A stretch of 64,000 bases of DNA from a virus. The stretch spans positions 1-64,000 of IMG/VR virus record IMGVR_UViG_3300037755_000828. The stretch is one strand, 5' to 3'. The translations under genes were made by a program, and so were the position numbers. Of this stretch, positions 1-10,035 are shown piece by piece. A model generated the notes under the pieces. The model made no database searches and had not been told where the DNA came from. It worked only from the letters and a program-made list of their open reading frames with translations. How positions within the stretch are numbered: position 1 is the first letter of the stretch; every line of letters begins with the position of its first letter.

Positions 1-575
1 ACGGCGTTGACGGGCTCGAACGCGGCCGCGATCTTCCCCTGCGTCTCGTTGAGCCAGTCGATGCCGGACTGCAGGGTCTCGAGCTGGCCGCCGTAGGGGC
101 CGTTCAGGGTCTGTCGGCGGCCGAAGTCGACCGCCACCGCCTTGCTCAAGATCGCGATCGCTGACTCGACCGCCGAGGTCGCCGACTCCGAAAGGATCAG
201 CTGCGGTTCAGCGTCGATGAGCGTGAGCGACCCTTCGCTCACGAGCTGGCGCGTCTCGTCGTAGAGCGTCAGCTCGTACTCCCCGTCTAGCCAGAGCCCC
301 GTCACTTCTCCGAGCACGGGAGCGCGCAGAGTGAAGGGACCGCCGGCCAGCAGCATCGCGCGCAGATCCAGCGACGCGGTCTCGTAGTCGGAGACGATCC
401 ACTCGCCGTCTTGGATCAGCATGAAGTCGACGCGGATCCGCTGCGGCGCCTGGCCGAGCGTGATCGCGGTCGCGCCGTCGACGTTGGGCGCCTCCTTGAT
501 CACGGTGCGCTCGGTGCCCGTGAGCGACGTGGTCTTGATGAAGACCGGCACGTCGTTGATGCTGCCGCGCTCCAT
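1..575 (-). CDS. Mu gpN-like DNA circularisation protein (partial, runs off window)
   Basis: Not in ORF track; own translation from ATG 575 (RBS GAGGAG): MERGSINDVPVFIKTTSLTGTERTVIKEAPNVDGATAITLGQAPQRIRVDF...LLAGGPFTLRAPVLGEV, matching the DNA_circ_N pattern. Confidence 0.7.
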   Translation of the reverse strand, partial: MERGSINDVPVFIKTTSLTGTERTVIKEAPNVDGATAITLGQAPQRIRVDFMLIQDGEWIVSDYETASLDLRAMLLAGGPFTLRAPVLGEVTGLWLDGEYELTLYDETRQLVSEGSLTLIDAEPQLILSESATSAVESAIAILSKAVAVDFGRRQTLNGPYGGQLETLQSGIDWLNETQGKIAAAFEPVNA

Positions 576-587
576 GGTCTCCTCGGG

Positions 588-1025
588 CTACGGCATCGCC
601 AAGGTCTCGGCGACCGTGATCGGCAGTGCGAAGGTTGTCGGGATGTGACCGGTCTGCTGGTTTATCGTGAATGTCACTTCATTGACGTCATCCCAAACGA
701 AAACCCCGTAGTCCCAAACGCCCATGAGGTAGCCGATCCGCTGGCCATCGGACTCGACGATCAGGCTGGCCGGGACCGCTTCGCTACCCGTGTCGCCATC
801 TCCGTCGCCCGGATCGCCATCTCCGGTCGTTGAATCTCCGTCTCCGGTTGGGTCTCCATCGCCATCGCCGGTCGTGGTGCCGGTGCCGGATTCGCTCGTG
901 CTGGTCTCGGGTGGAAGGTCTCCGAACGTCGGGTCGACGCCAGTCTCGGTGCTGGTTGCGGTGGCGTCATCTTGCGGGCAACCGGCGAGGATGGTCAGGA
1001 TGGCGATGTATGCGATTCGTTTCAT
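588..1025 (-). CDS. Myxobacterial-type lipoprotein with T/GD-rich linker (moron)
   Basis: Lipobox ILAG-C, GDGDGD linker. Confidence 0.75.
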   Translation of the reverse strand: MKRIAYIAILTILAGCPQDDATATSTETGVDPTFGDLPPETSTSESGTGTTTGDGDGDPTGDGDSTTGDGDPGDGDGDTGSEAVPASLIVESDGQRIGYLMGVWDYGVFVWDDVNEVTFTINQQTGHIPTTFALPITVAETLAMP

Positions 1026-1065
1026 GGATACCTGCTTGCTGTGGGTGTTGTATCGGACAAGAGCA

Positions 1066-1707
1066 TCAGGTGCCCTTCGCTTTGGTAGTCGCCGCCGCGT
1101 TGACCAGGTCGTTGCCAGGGATCGCAGGCGGGATAATGGCCGAGCCGTCTAGGAACGCTGCGAAGTTGGTGAACGCCAGCACGCCTCCGTCATTGGGCGC
1201 GAAGTTCTGTGCCGCGTACGTGGCGGCAGCCACAAGGTGGTTCTGCGAGGCCTGTGCCTTCAGCAATACGGCCGCCAGCGCGTCGCCGACGTTGACGACC
1301 TGGCCGTCGTCGACAATGACCGTCACGTCCGAAAGCGACCGAGCGGTGATGGTGATCCCGCCGTCGTCGTCGAGGTAGATCACGTGGCCGGCCGCAGTCC
1401 ACAGGGCCTTGTCGCCGGGCTCTGTCGCGGGACGTCCTGCCACGCTCGACACCAGCGCCGTGAGGTTGTCGCTGTCACCGCCCGGCGCGAACACCAGCGC
1501 GTCGCCGCCTACGGCCTGGCCGGCCAGGCCGTAGGGCTCGAACACCTCGGCGTCGTCTCCGTCGACCGTGCACGTCGGCACCGCGCCCGCGCTCCCGCTC
1601 GGGTCGGACACCTCACCGAGTTCGATCATCGTCTCGGCGCTGACCCGGTCCCCCGCCTTTCGCTTGTCGATCAGCCTCACCAAACCCTCAAGTTTACGGT
1701 CCGTCAT
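1066..1707 (-). CDS. Baseplate spike, Mu gp45-like
   Basis: Start at MTDRK (1707), overlapping upstream stop; EVFEPYGLAG...GGDSDN...EPGDKALW..GHVIYL pattern. Confidence 0.75.
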   Translation of the reverse strand: MTDRKLEGLVRLIDKRKAGDRVSAETMIELGEVSDPSGSAGAVPTCTVDGDDAEVFEPYGLAGQAVGGDALVFAPGGDSDNLTALVSSVAGRPATEPGDKALWTAAGHVIYLDDDGGITITARSLSDVTVIVDDGQVVNVGDALAAVLLKAQASQNHLVAAATYAAQNFAPNDGGVLAFTNFAAFLDGSAIIPPAIPGNDLVNAAATTKAKGT

Positions 1708-2942
1708 CAGCTTCCCTCCGGTGGCTTGAACAACAGCTCGAGCTTTTGCGCGTCGAAGTCGACCACGTCGCTCGCGTCGGTGATCTCCGTGACGACGGCG
1801 CTGTGCTGGCGCAGCCATTCCTGGTTGGCCCGATACCGACGTGCACCACCGCCGATCCCGCCGCCGTCGACGGTGAAGTCGTCGAGCACCGCATAGGCGT
1901 CGGGCGGCACGAACTCGAGCATGGCCTTGTCGGCGCCGCCGAGATCGCGCGAGAGCGTCACCGACGTGAGTAGCATGGTGTCGGAGAACCCTCGCACTTG
2001 ATCGTCGAGTGGGTACAACGTGTTCGGCCAGAAGAGAGCGCCGCTGTTGTTCGGGCTCCAGCCGTCGAGTTCGATCGTCACGCGGATGGCCTCGGCCCTG
2101 CGCTTGCGGACCTCGTACTCGGCTTGCCGGAGCAGCTCGCCCTCGGTCCGTGCGCCCGCCTCCGCGTCGATGATCAGCGGCGAGTACCTGGCCGACGAGT
2201 CGTAGGCTGGCGCGCCGAGTTCCGTGAGGCCGCCCCCGCTCCCCCGCTTCTTGCTCTTGCGGCCGACGATGATCTCCGACTGGATCGCCCGGCCATCGAG
2301 CTCGTAGTCCCACGAGATCACGCGCGGGTGTGGTCGCGAGATCGAGATCGGCGACGAGCGCACAGCGTTGCGCGTGATCCTGATCGACGCCTTCGCCTTG
2401 CGATCGGGTGTGACCGATGCCGCGCCGCTCACCAGGATGCAGCCCTGGCGCTTGGCGACGCGCTGGATGAACTCCCACGCGCCCTCGTTCTTCTTGATCT
2501 TGATCTTGTCGATCGGCACGTCGGCGATCTCGTTGCCCGTCTCGCCGACGTCGACGACCAGGTCAAACGGGCGGACCACACGCTCGATGATCTGCCGGGC
2601 AGACAGGTTGCGGAACACCCGGCTCGTCACGCTCTCGCCGTCGCCCACCTTGATCGACGACTTGGTCAAGCGCTGGGCCGACGAGAACCCCGTGATCGAC
2701 AGCGTGTCCGAGTTGGCATCGCCGTGGCTGCGGTAGTTCAGGACTTCGCCCACGAGCACAATGCGCCCGGCGATCGCCACGGCCATGGAGTCGCCGATCC
2801 GGAGATCGGCCAGCGCGATGTCGTCGGCGATCTCGACCTGCACCTGATCCGCGAGCTCGGTCACCGCGAGGCGCAGCGAGAACGACTCCACACGCTGCAG
2901 GTTCTTTCCGCCGACCTGCACGACGAGAGACGGCAAGGTCAC
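1707..2942 (-). CDS. Baseplate hub, Mu gp44/gpP-like
   Basis: 411 aa; E.AWEFIQRVAKRQG and GW...GALFWPN motifs; follows tape measure. Confidence 0.8.
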   Translation of the reverse strand: MTLPSLVVQVGGKNLQRVESFSLRLAVTELADQVQVEIADDIALADLRIGDSMAVAIAGRIVLVGEVLNYRSHGDANSDTLSITGFSSAQRLTKSSIKVGDGESVTSRVFRNLSARQIIERVVRPFDLVVDVGETGNEIADVPIDKIKIKKNEGAWEFIQRVAKRQGCILVSGAASVTPDRKAKASIRITRNAVRSSPISISRPHPRVISWDYELDGRAIQSEIIVGRKSKKRGSGGGLTELGAPAYDSSARYSPLIIDAEAGARTEGELLRQAEYEVRKRRAEAIRVTIELDGWSPNNSGALFWPNTLYPLDDQVRGFSDTMLLTSVTLSRDLGGADKAMLEFVPPDAYAVLDDFTVDGGGIGGGARRYRANQEWLRQHSAVVTEITDASDVVDFDAQKLELLFKPPEGS

Positions 2943-5440
2943 GAGAGCCCCGCTTCCATGCTCGGGCCGGTCGTCTTGGTGGTGTTGGCCGCCACCATCT
3001 GCGTCGCGGCGACGAGCTCTTGCAGCGCCGCGAATGTGCCTGCGTCGCCGAAGACGCCGGTGGTCTCGGTCCCAGGCGTCGTGAAGGCTGCGTCGCCGAG
3101 GCCCAGCGTCGAGCCGTATTGTTTATCGAATGCGGCGAGGTCGAGCTCGGCTTGCTTGGCCTGCATATCCAGATCTTCGGTGACGCCGGACGCGACGTTG
3201 AGCAGACCCGACCAGCCGCCAAGGCTCTTTTGCAAAAGGTTCGCGTCGTCGTCGACCCCCCCGACTCGTGACTCGGTCGCAGCTGTGCGCGCCGCGTTCG
3301 TCACGCTGATCAGCCGGTTGCGCCGCTCCATGAGCAACTCGGCTTCGGTCTTCTGGACCGGTCCCAGCGTCGAGCTCGAGACCGCGGCGATCTGCGCGTC
3401 GATCTCCGCCTTTGCCTTCTTGCCGCGAGCTCCCTCCCGCTGTTCTTCCAATGCAGCGATCTTCGTTGCCTTGTCTGCCTCGAACTTGGTCTTCTCGGCA
3501 CTGGTCGCCTCGCGCGAGAACGTGATGTTTTTCTGCTTCTCCTCGACCGACTTGATCGTTTCCCCGTACTTGGTCAGCGACGACTCGGCCTGATCGAGCA
3601 CCATATTGAACGCGACTATGGCCAGGCCCGCGCCTGCGAAGATGGCCGGCATCGCGCCGACCATCGACTGCATCCCACCGCCGATCTTGGACGTCAGGCT
3701 CATCGCCGTCCCCTGCTTGGTGACTGCCGTGGTCAGCGTCGTCGTCGCGCCAGCGAGTTTCATGTTGCCGAGCTGCGACGCGGCGCTGAGCGTCTGCCAC
3801 ATCGAGTAGGCGCTGATCAATCCTCCGGCCGCCTTTGAAGCGACGACCGTCCCGATCGCTACTTTGGCAAGTGTGGCCGCGAGATTTGGGTTCTCCTTGA
3901 TCCAGTCACGAAATCCCGTGATGATCGGCATCGTCGTTTCGGACAGATCGAGCAATGCCGGCACGAGTTCGTTGCCCGCCTGGATCTTCAGCAGCTCCCA
4001 CTGGGCCTCTAGCACCTTGGCCTTCTGCGCGGCGGTGTCGGACATCTTGGCATAGGCGGTCTCTGCCTTCCCCGCCGAGTTCGTCGCGTCACCCAAGACG
4101 CTGTGGAAGCCACCGAGATCTTGAACGAGCCCACCGATCGCCGCCTGAGCTTCCGACGACTCGAACAGCCTACCCAGTGTTTGGGCGCTGTACTTTTCGG
4201 AGGCCGCGATCTGCAACACCCACTCCTCGAGCCCGCCGGCCGCCTTGATGCCAGCCGCGCTGAAGTCGATCCCGAGCTTCTTGGCCTCTTCACGTGCCAT
4301 CTTGCTCGGCTTGGAGATGTTGACCAACGCCTGATTGAGCCCCGTAGATGCGGTGGCCGACGACTTCATCTTCAAGGACAGGAAGCTGATCGCGGCCGCG
4401 GTCTCTTCCATTGATAGCCCGGCACGAGATGCGCTATTGGCCACCTGTGGGAGCGCTCCCGCCATCTCTGACACCGTCGTCTGGCCGCGTTGCACGGCTG
4501 CGAACATGATGTCAGACGCCTTGTCGGATGAAACGCCGAAGTTGGCCACGCTCTTGCTGATCGCAAGAACCGCTTCCTCCTGCGTCGCCACGCCGCCGAT
4601 CGCCAACTTGTTCGCCGCTGCCAGCTGCGCCTGCGCGTCGGCAGCATCGGACGCGCCGGCCGACACGATCGCGTAGAAGGCTTTGACTTGTTCGGTCGGC
4701 AGGCCGCCGAACTCCTCCGCCGCGCCCTTCGTGATCTCCTCAATCTGGTCGATCGAGATGCTGTCGGTCAGCGTGCTGACCTCGACGACCGCCTTCTCGT
4801 AATCTTTGAACGCGTCGAAGCTTCCGCGAATGCCCTGCTCGACCCTGCTTCCGAACTGCTCGAACTCGGCGCCGGCGACCGCAAGGTTCTCGGCAAATTC
4901 CAGCTTGCCGTACGGCCCCATCTTGGCCTTGCCGGGCTTCGTAGGGTCAGCTCCGAGCGATGTCTGAGCCGCGTTACGAGCTGCCCGGCGCCGGCGCGAC
5001 GTGATCTCCCGCTGCGTCTCGACCTCTCGCAGCTGCGCGTCCGACAGCGTGTTGAGGTTTTTGGCGGCCCGCTGCGAAGCGCGGACCCGCTGCTGCCCAG
5101 CGCGTGCGAGCGCGGACACCTGCCGCTGCGCGTTCCTTGCTTCTTGCTGACTTGCCCGGGCGCGCGAACGCTGTGCGTCCTTCAGCGCCTTGTCGAAGGT
5201 CGGCACGCCATCGCGGGATCCTCCGCCGCGTGTTCGAGCGCTTCCGCCTCCACCGCGTGGCGATGGCCTTCCCGCTGCGACAAGCGAGCCGAGCGACCCG
5301 CTGCCGAGCCCGCCCATCGCCGTCTTGGCGCGGCCAAGCGAATCAGCGAATCCGTCGGCGAGTTTGGTCCCGCTCGTCAGCCACTTGTGGACGCCCCTGT
5401 CCCGCGCCTTGGCCTGGAGGATGACGTTGATCGTGGCCAT
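2939..5440 (-). CDS. Tail tape measure protein
   Basis: 833 aa Ala-rich helical protein with TP901-type core; downstream of chaperones. Confidence 0.9.
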   Translation of the reverse strand: MATINVILQAKARDRGVHKWLTSGTKLADGFADSLGRAKTAMGGLGSGSLGSLVAAGRPSPRGGGGSARTRGGGSRDGVPTFDKALKDAQRSRARASQQEARNAQRQVSALARAGQQRVRASQRAAKNLNTLSDAQLREVETQREITSRRRRAARNAAQTSLGADPTKPGKAKMGPYGKLEFAENLAVAGAEFEQFGSRVEQGIRGSFDAFKDYEKAVVEVSTLTDSISIDQIEEITKGAAEEFGGLPTEQVKAFYAIVSAGASDAADAQAQLAAANKLAIGGVATQEEAVLAISKSVANFGVSSDKASDIMFAAVQRGQTTVSEMAGALPQVANSASRAGLSMEETAAAISFLSLKMKSSATASTGLNQALVNISKPSKMAREEAKKLGIDFSAAGIKAAGGLEEWVLQIAASEKYSAQTLGRLFESSEAQAAIGGLVQDLGGFHSVLGDATNSAGKAETAYAKMSDTAAQKAKVLEAQWELLKIQAGNELVPALLDLSETTMPIITGFRDWIKENPNLAATLAKVAIGTVVASKAAGGLISAYSMWQTLSAASQLGNMKLAGATTTLTTAVTKQGTAMSLTSKIGGGMQSMVGAMPAIFAGAGLAIVAFNMVLDQAESSLTKYGETIKSVEEKQKNITFSREATSAEKTKFEADKATKIAALEEQREGARGKKAKAEIDAQIAAVSSSTLGPVQKTEAELLMERRNRLISVTNAARTAATESRVGGVDDDANLLQKSLGGWSGLLNVASGVTEDLDMQAKQAELDLAAFDKQYGSTLGLGDAAFTTPGTETTGVFGDAGTFAALQELVAATQMVAANTTKTTGPSMEAGLS

Positions 5441-5659
5441 CTATCGTCGTCGTCGTCCGAGTAGCGCAGCGATGACAGCTGCAAGGGCGTGGGCGTGGGC
5501 GTGGGCGGTGCGTGTTCGCTGCTGCTCGGCCGCTAGCGCGAGCTCGGTTAGCTCGGTGAGGGTCAGATCGTCGATGTCTTCTTGTCGCCAACCGGGGAAG
5601 ACGTGGAAGACAGCCGCGCAGCGATTGCCGTGGTCGGCCGCCGTCCCGCTTTTTTTTTG
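5441..5659 (-). CDS. Tail chaperone C-terminal extension (gpE'/gpT-like, -1 frameshift product)
   Basis: F.GWRQEDIDDLTLTEL motif in -1 frame after A9 slippery run. Confidence 0.7.
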   Translation of the reverse strand, partial: QKKSGTAADHGNRCAAVFHVFPGWRQEDIDDLTLTELTELALAAEQQRTRTAHAHAHALAAVIAALLGRRRR

Positions 5660-6432
5660 AGCTGCTCGAATGCCTCCCACGCATGGACGGCATCTTCGGG
5701 TCGCAGCGCGAGCATCTGCCCGAGCGAGCGATCACTTGCCTTGGCCAGCGCTACCAGGCGCCCCTTCCACTCGGTCTCCCGCGCGGCGGTCCCCGTGTGC
5801 AACCGAGTGTGGCCCGCTCGGATCGGGCCGATCGTCAACGTCCCGACACCAGGCGTGCGGCAACGAACGCGCGCGATTGAGCCGTCGAATTCCGTGAGCA
5901 GCGTTTGACTGACTTCGGCCCAGGCAAGCGCTGACACTCCCGCGATGAGCTGTGTGCCGCCGCCCTCGAAGTAGATCGAGCGACAGAGAACCGAGGCATC
6001 GTCGCCATTCGCAGCGCTGCACAGCTCGATGGCGCCCTGAACATCGCTCGGTTCCATGCGCCACTCGATGGTGTCGAAGTCGACGCCGATCGTGCGGGCG
6101 AGCACCAAGTGCATGAGTCGGTCGTCAAGGTGAGCCACGCACAGATCCGCCGCCGTAAATCCGCGGATCGTGATCTTGGTCGGGCGCTCGTCCTCGGACT
6201 CTTGGATCTCGAGTCCGTCCTCCGCCATGCGCGGCGCGATCGGGACCAGGTCGACCTCGTACGGCTCGGTGATGTCGGTGGCTGGCGCGGCGATGGTGCT
6301 GAGCGCGTTGGCGATCGCGAACCAACCGCGACCGCCGTCCTCGAGCTGCGAGAGCGGCAACAGCAAGTCGCCGTTCTCGTCGACCGGGCACACCGACCGA
6401 AACGCGGCGTAGAGTTGCTCGGCATCGGCCAC
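5563..6432 (-). CDS. Tail assembly chaperone (probably duplicated TAC domain)
   Basis: Between tube and TMP; ends near ...EQLKKK slippery site. Confidence 0.7.
   Translation of the reverse strand: MADAEQLYAAFRSVCPVDENGDLLLPLSQLEDGGRGWFAIANALSTIAAPATDITEPYEVDLVPIAPRMAEDGLEIQESEDERPTKITIRGFTAADLCVAHLDDRLMHLVLARTIGVDFDTIEWRMEPSDVQGAIELCSAANGDDASVLCRSIYFEGGGTQLIAGVSALAWAEVSQTLLTEFDGSIARVRCRTPGVGTLTIGPIRAGHTRLHTGTAARETEWKGRLVALAKASDRSLGQMLALRPEDAVHAWEAFEQLKKKAGRRPTTAIAARLSSTSSPVGDKKTSTI
5649..5659 (-). other. Programmed -1 ribosomal frameshift site C AAA AAA AAA G
   Basis: T9 at 5650-5658 on + strand; 0 frame KKKA, -1 frame QKKS continues to 5441. Confidence 0.75.
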
Positions 6433-6436
6433 GATC

Positions 6437-6811
6437 TCAGCTGCCCTTCTTGGTCTGAAGGACCTGCTTGCCGTTGTACGTGATCGCCACGTCGCCAGAC
6501 CCGCCCGAGAACGAAGGCGGGTCCGTGTTGAAGCCCGACCGCATCAGCCACTCGTCGCCCGTGTCGGTCTGGATTCGGATGTCGACGTTGACGGCGGTGA
6601 AGGTCGAGACGATGTCCGTCCCCGCCTCGACCGCGCAGGTGAGCGAGACCTCGGCGGCCGTGCCTTGGCGCGTCGAGCCGACGACCTCCTGACCTGCCAA
6701 GACTGGCGTGTTCGTGAAGCCGCCAAAGTTGATTGACGCGGTCCCGTCCTTGACCAGCACCTTGCGTGTGCCGATCACCACTGCCCGAACATCGCTGATG
6801 AGTCGCGTCAT
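6437..6811 (-). CDS. Tail tube protein (Mu gpM-like)
   Basis: 124 aa directly after sheath; beta-rich. Confidence 0.8.
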   Translation of the reverse strand: MTRLISDVRAVVIGTRKVLVKDGTASINFGGFTNTPVLAGQEVVGSTRQGTAAEVSLTCAVEAGTDIVSTFTAVNVDIRIQTDTGDEWLMRSGFNTDPPSFSGGSGDVAITYNGKQVLQTKKGS

Positions 6812-6814
6812 GAA

Positions 6815-8245
6815 TTACCCCTGCACGCTGAAGGCGGTCACGACATCGATCGTGCCGGTGTTGATGTAGTTCGTGCCCGGGATTGGCGGGCTGGTATTGA
6901 TCGTCAGCTCGTCCGCGCCGGAGCGCACGACCTGGAGATTTGTCTCGTAGTATTCGGCGTTGTCCGTCCACGCGCGCGCCTGGAACACCTCGCGGTTGAG
7001 CGAGATCATCACCTGGCGAACCCCCTCGGTGTCGATGACCTTGTCCGCCGTGTCCGCGTCGTACTGGACCGCGCCGACGTCGTCGACAAGTGTCTTTCCG
7101 ATGTACGGAAGGAGCACGGTGAGCTGCAGCTGACGGATCTCGGCGGCGGTCAGCTTGGTCTCGGTGTCCTGAAAGATCTCCGAGGGCTGCCCGAGCCCGT
7201 TGAGCTTGTACAGCGTGACCATCCGCTGCACGCGGGGCTTGCCTCCCACGAAGTGGAACGTGGCGATCCCGCTCGAGAGCAGCGTCTGCTGGTCGGCGGG
7301 CTGGAGGTACTCGGTCTCGTCGGGCGCAACTAGGCCCGGGATGTCCAGGTTGTAGAGCGTCAGCTTCGGGTTCTCGACGCTGGCCCGTAGACCTGCGACT
7401 CGGCCCGCCCACGCCCACGGATTCGCGGGAACGCTTGTGTCGCCGAAGATCGTGATGTGCTTGGTGTCCTCACCGAGGCCGAGCGTCGCCAAGTTGCCGA
7501 CCGTGTCTCGGTAACCGATGAACGCGTGCCCGTCGATCTGCCGTGACTCCGTCCAGCGATCATCGAGCTCGGTGATCGCAGCTGTGAGGTTGAGCGCCGC
7601 CGCGTCCGGCAGCACCCAGTATTTGTAGCGGGTCCCGCTGAGCACGGCGATCGCCGCCGCAAGGTCGGGGTCCCCGGCGCCAGCCGACATAGCGACTGGG
7701 GTGACCGTGACCCCGGGGGTGTTCTGCAGCACCTTGAACTGGATCTGGTTGCCGTGCGTCCCGATGCTGCGAGCCGTGAGCGTCTGAACGCCAAGCGCCA
7801 CACCGCTCGTCACGTGTAGATCGAGGTATTCATTGACCGCTGCGTTGGCCGCAGCTGCGACCGTGCCGAGCGCATCGCCGATCGCTACCGGCACGACGAT
7901 CGACTGGTCCTCGACCTGCAAGATGATCGGCGTCGCCGTGGTCGCTGCGCCTGTGTAGGTGAGCGTACCCGTCGCTGCTGTGCCGGCCGGGGCCGCCATC
8001 AGCACGAGGGTCACGTCCGCGCTGCGGTATGCGCCAAAGACCGCAGCGACTTCTTGGTGAGCCTGCGATCCACGACCCGCGAGGGTCGCCGCCTCGTCTG
8101 CCGAGAACACACGCGTCGGTGTGTTGACCGCGAGCGAGCCCGCGGTCGTCTTGATCCCGAACACGAGGATCTTGTTCGCCGTGAACAGCGACCCCGTCCG
8201 CAAGTCGCTGATTGTGTAGCGTCCGCCCGGTACCAAAATGGCCAT
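6815..8245 (-). CDS. Contractile tail sheath (Mu gpL-like)
   Basis: GRGS, LTAR..G..GN.I, GAGDPDL..A, LLSSGIATF, QRMVTLY motifs. Confidence 0.92.
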   Translation of the reverse strand: MAILVPGGRYTISDLRTGSLFTANKILVFGIKTTAGSLAVNTPTRVFSADEAATLAGRGSQAHQEVAAVFGAYRSADVTLVLMAAPAGTAATGTLTYTGAATTATPIILQVEDQSIVVPVAIGDALGTVAAAANAAVNEYLDLHVTSGVALGVQTLTARSIGTHGNQIQFKVLQNTPGVTVTPVAMSAGAGDPDLAAAIAVLSGTRYKYWVLPDAAALNLTAAITELDDRWTESRQIDGHAFIGYRDTVGNLATLGLGEDTKHITIFGDTSVPANPWAWAGRVAGLRASVENPKLTLYNLDIPGLVAPDETEYLQPADQQTLLSSGIATFHFVGGKPRVQRMVTLYKLNGLGQPSEIFQDTETKLTAAEIRQLQLTVLLPYIGKTLVDDVGAVQYDADTADKVIDTEGVRQVMISLNREVFQARAWTDNAEYYETNLQVVRSGADELTINTSPPIPGTNYINTGTIDVVTAFSVQG

Positions 8246-8532
8246 TAGTGTTTGCCGTCCTTCTTGCCGTGCTCTGCGGGTTGCTTGGGTTCTTCGGTCT
8301 TGACGGACGCGGCTCGGCGAGGATCGACCTCCTCGACCGAGCCCTCGTTGATGCGGCGTGTCCAGTATGACCCAGACGCGCCGTCCATTGAGACCGTGTC
8401 GCCCTCGGACTTCAGCAGCTTCCGCCGCCCCCCAACCACAGTCGGGTAGGGAATCGTGGCCAGCTGCGGCCCGCGCCCGACGTCGACCATCTTCGGCTTG
8501 ATGAAAATTCGCTTTGGTGCCTTGGCCATCAT
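8245..8532 (-). CDS. DUF2635 / Mu gp38-like protein
   Basis: IKP...EG..V....YWTRRINEGSV, immediately upstream of sheath. Confidence 0.75.
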   Translation of the reverse strand: MMAKAPKRIFIKPKMVDVGRGPQLATIPYPTVVGGRRKLLKSEGDTVSMDGASGSYWTRRINEGSVEEVDPRRAASVKTEEPKQPAEHGKKDGKH

Positions 8533-9137
8533 GTCACCTGGAATTTGACGTCATCCCCATTGGGGTCGCCGTCGTAGGTATCCGTGCCGTCGATCAGGAG
8601 CAGCACGCCGTCGCCGGGGCGCTCGCGGCCAGCTGCACCGAGCGAGATCTCTTGCAGCCACTGGATGCCGATCACCGTGTAGGCGGTCTTCTCGTCTTTG
8701 GTCAGATACCGCGAGCGGAACTTGACGCTCTTGGCGACGGGCGGCTTGCTGAAGATCTTGGCCGTGTCGGCGTCGCGGAACACGTCGGCGTAGATGAAGC
8801 GGAGCGCCTCGCCGATGAAGTCGAGCGCGTCAGTCGTTCGATCGGCGAGCACGCCTCGGACGATGACGTACCACACGAAGGTCGGCGTGCACTGGATCGT
8901 CATCCCGTGTCCGGTGCGCTCGGCCTCGCCGTCGATGACGGTGATGATCGAGCGCGGGGCCATGCCGGCCTGCTGCATGATGAACTCTTGCGTCACGGGC
9001 CCTATGTGCCCGATCGTCGCGTGCTTGGCGTGGGTGCCCATCCACCTCTGTACCTGCGCGACGACGATGTCGCGAGCTTTCCGCAGATTGCTCTGCGGCC
9101 GCGGGTCGGGGAGCACGGGCTCGGTGACCGCCATCAC
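8529..9137 (-). CDS. Tail terminator, Mu gp37-like
   Basis: Synteny and size. Confidence 0.55.
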   Translation of the reverse strand: MMAVTEPVLPDPRPQSNLRKARDIVVAQVQRWMGTHAKHATIGHIGPVTQEFIMQQAGMAPRSIITVIDGEAERTGHGMTIQCTPTFVWYVIVRGVLADRTTDALDFIGEALRFIYADVFRDADTAKIFSKPPVAKSVKFRSRYLTKDEKTAYTVIGIQWLQEISLGAAGRERPGDGVLLLIDGTDTYDGDPNGDDVKFQVT

Positions 9138-9568
9138 CAGCCCCTTTCAAAGTCGGCCGGGAAGATGCTGTCGAGCGACCTGCCGAGCTCGCGGCTGACC
9201 CCAACGTACTCGCGCGCGGGCAGCCGGCCGTCGCGCGACCCCGTTTGGTGGACGGTCGCGTAGGGCAGTGCCGAGCCGAAGCCGAGCATGTCGCCGTTGC
9301 GGTCGTACTCGAGCGAGTCGGCGAGGTCTCCGTCCGAGAACAGCAGCTTGTGCTGTGGCCCCCGCGTCTTGGCGTAGTCCGGGGACCAGTCGTCCCAGGG
9401 CTTGCCGCTCGGGCTGACCGTGTCGTCCTCGAGTCGCAGGCGCGTGTCTTCCTCGAGCGCTTCGCCGAACAGGACCAGGGCACGCCCCGGCCACCAGGAA
9501 CCCCAACGCCCCTCGAGCACCTCGAACTCGATCAGTCCGTCGAGCTGGAGATCCATCAGCACCCACAC
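9134..9568 (-). CDS. Virion morphogenesis / tail completion protein (Mu gpG, P2 gpS-like)
   Basis: PSGKPW..WS, L..DGDLADSL, G.ALPYATVHQ.G, LPAREYVG. Confidence 0.85.
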   Translation of the reverse strand: MWVLMDLQLDGLIEFEVLEGRWGSWWPGRALVLFGEALEEDTRLRLEDDTVSPSGKPWDDWSPDYAKTRGPQHKLLFSDGDLADSLEYDRNGDMLGFGSALPYATVHQTGSRDGRLPAREYVGVSRELGRSLDSIFPADFERGW

Positions 9569-10032
9569 TTCCCGGTGGTCCCGAGATTGCCGATCGGGAA
9601 GACCTTGACGATGGGCCCGCGGTTTGCCGGGCGCGGCGCGACGATACCGAGGTCGAGGCGCTTGTTGGCGATGTCGTCGAAGTAGGCATTGACCTCCTCG
9701 ACTCCGCGACGGATGCGATCCGTCAGCACGCCGTCGTCAGTCAGCGCATCGCGAGCAGCGATCTTGGCAGCCGCGTGGCGAAGGTGCGGCGGGATCGTTG
9801 TCGGGAGCGCCAGGTATGCCTGAAGGATCTTCGTGTCGAGCACCGAACTCGCGGTCTCGATCGTCGAGTCGATCCGCAGCAAGATCGTCGTTGGGATGTC
9901 GAAGGTCAGCCCGTCGATGTCGAACGCCGTCAGCGGCGTCAACCACAACTGCGAGTCGAAGTGCATGCGGACGTTGTCCTCGGTACCGCCGTACCAACGG
10001 ACCACATCCACTCGTTCGCAGTAGTTCGGCAT
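9556..10032 (-). CDS. Head-tail adaptor, Mu gp36/DUF1320-like
   Basis: N-terminal YC...DV, AS..LD....Y..LP..IP..L...A..IA pattern. Confidence 0.7.
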   Translation of the reverse strand: MPNYCERVDVVRWYGGTEDNVRMHFDSQLWLTPLTAFDIDGLTFDIPTTILLRIDSTIETASSVLDTKILQAYLALPTTIPPHLRHAAAKIAARDALTDDGVLTDRIRRGVEEVNAYFDDIANKRLDLGIVAPRPANRGPIVKVFPIGNLGTTGKCGC

Positions 10033-10035
10033 GGC

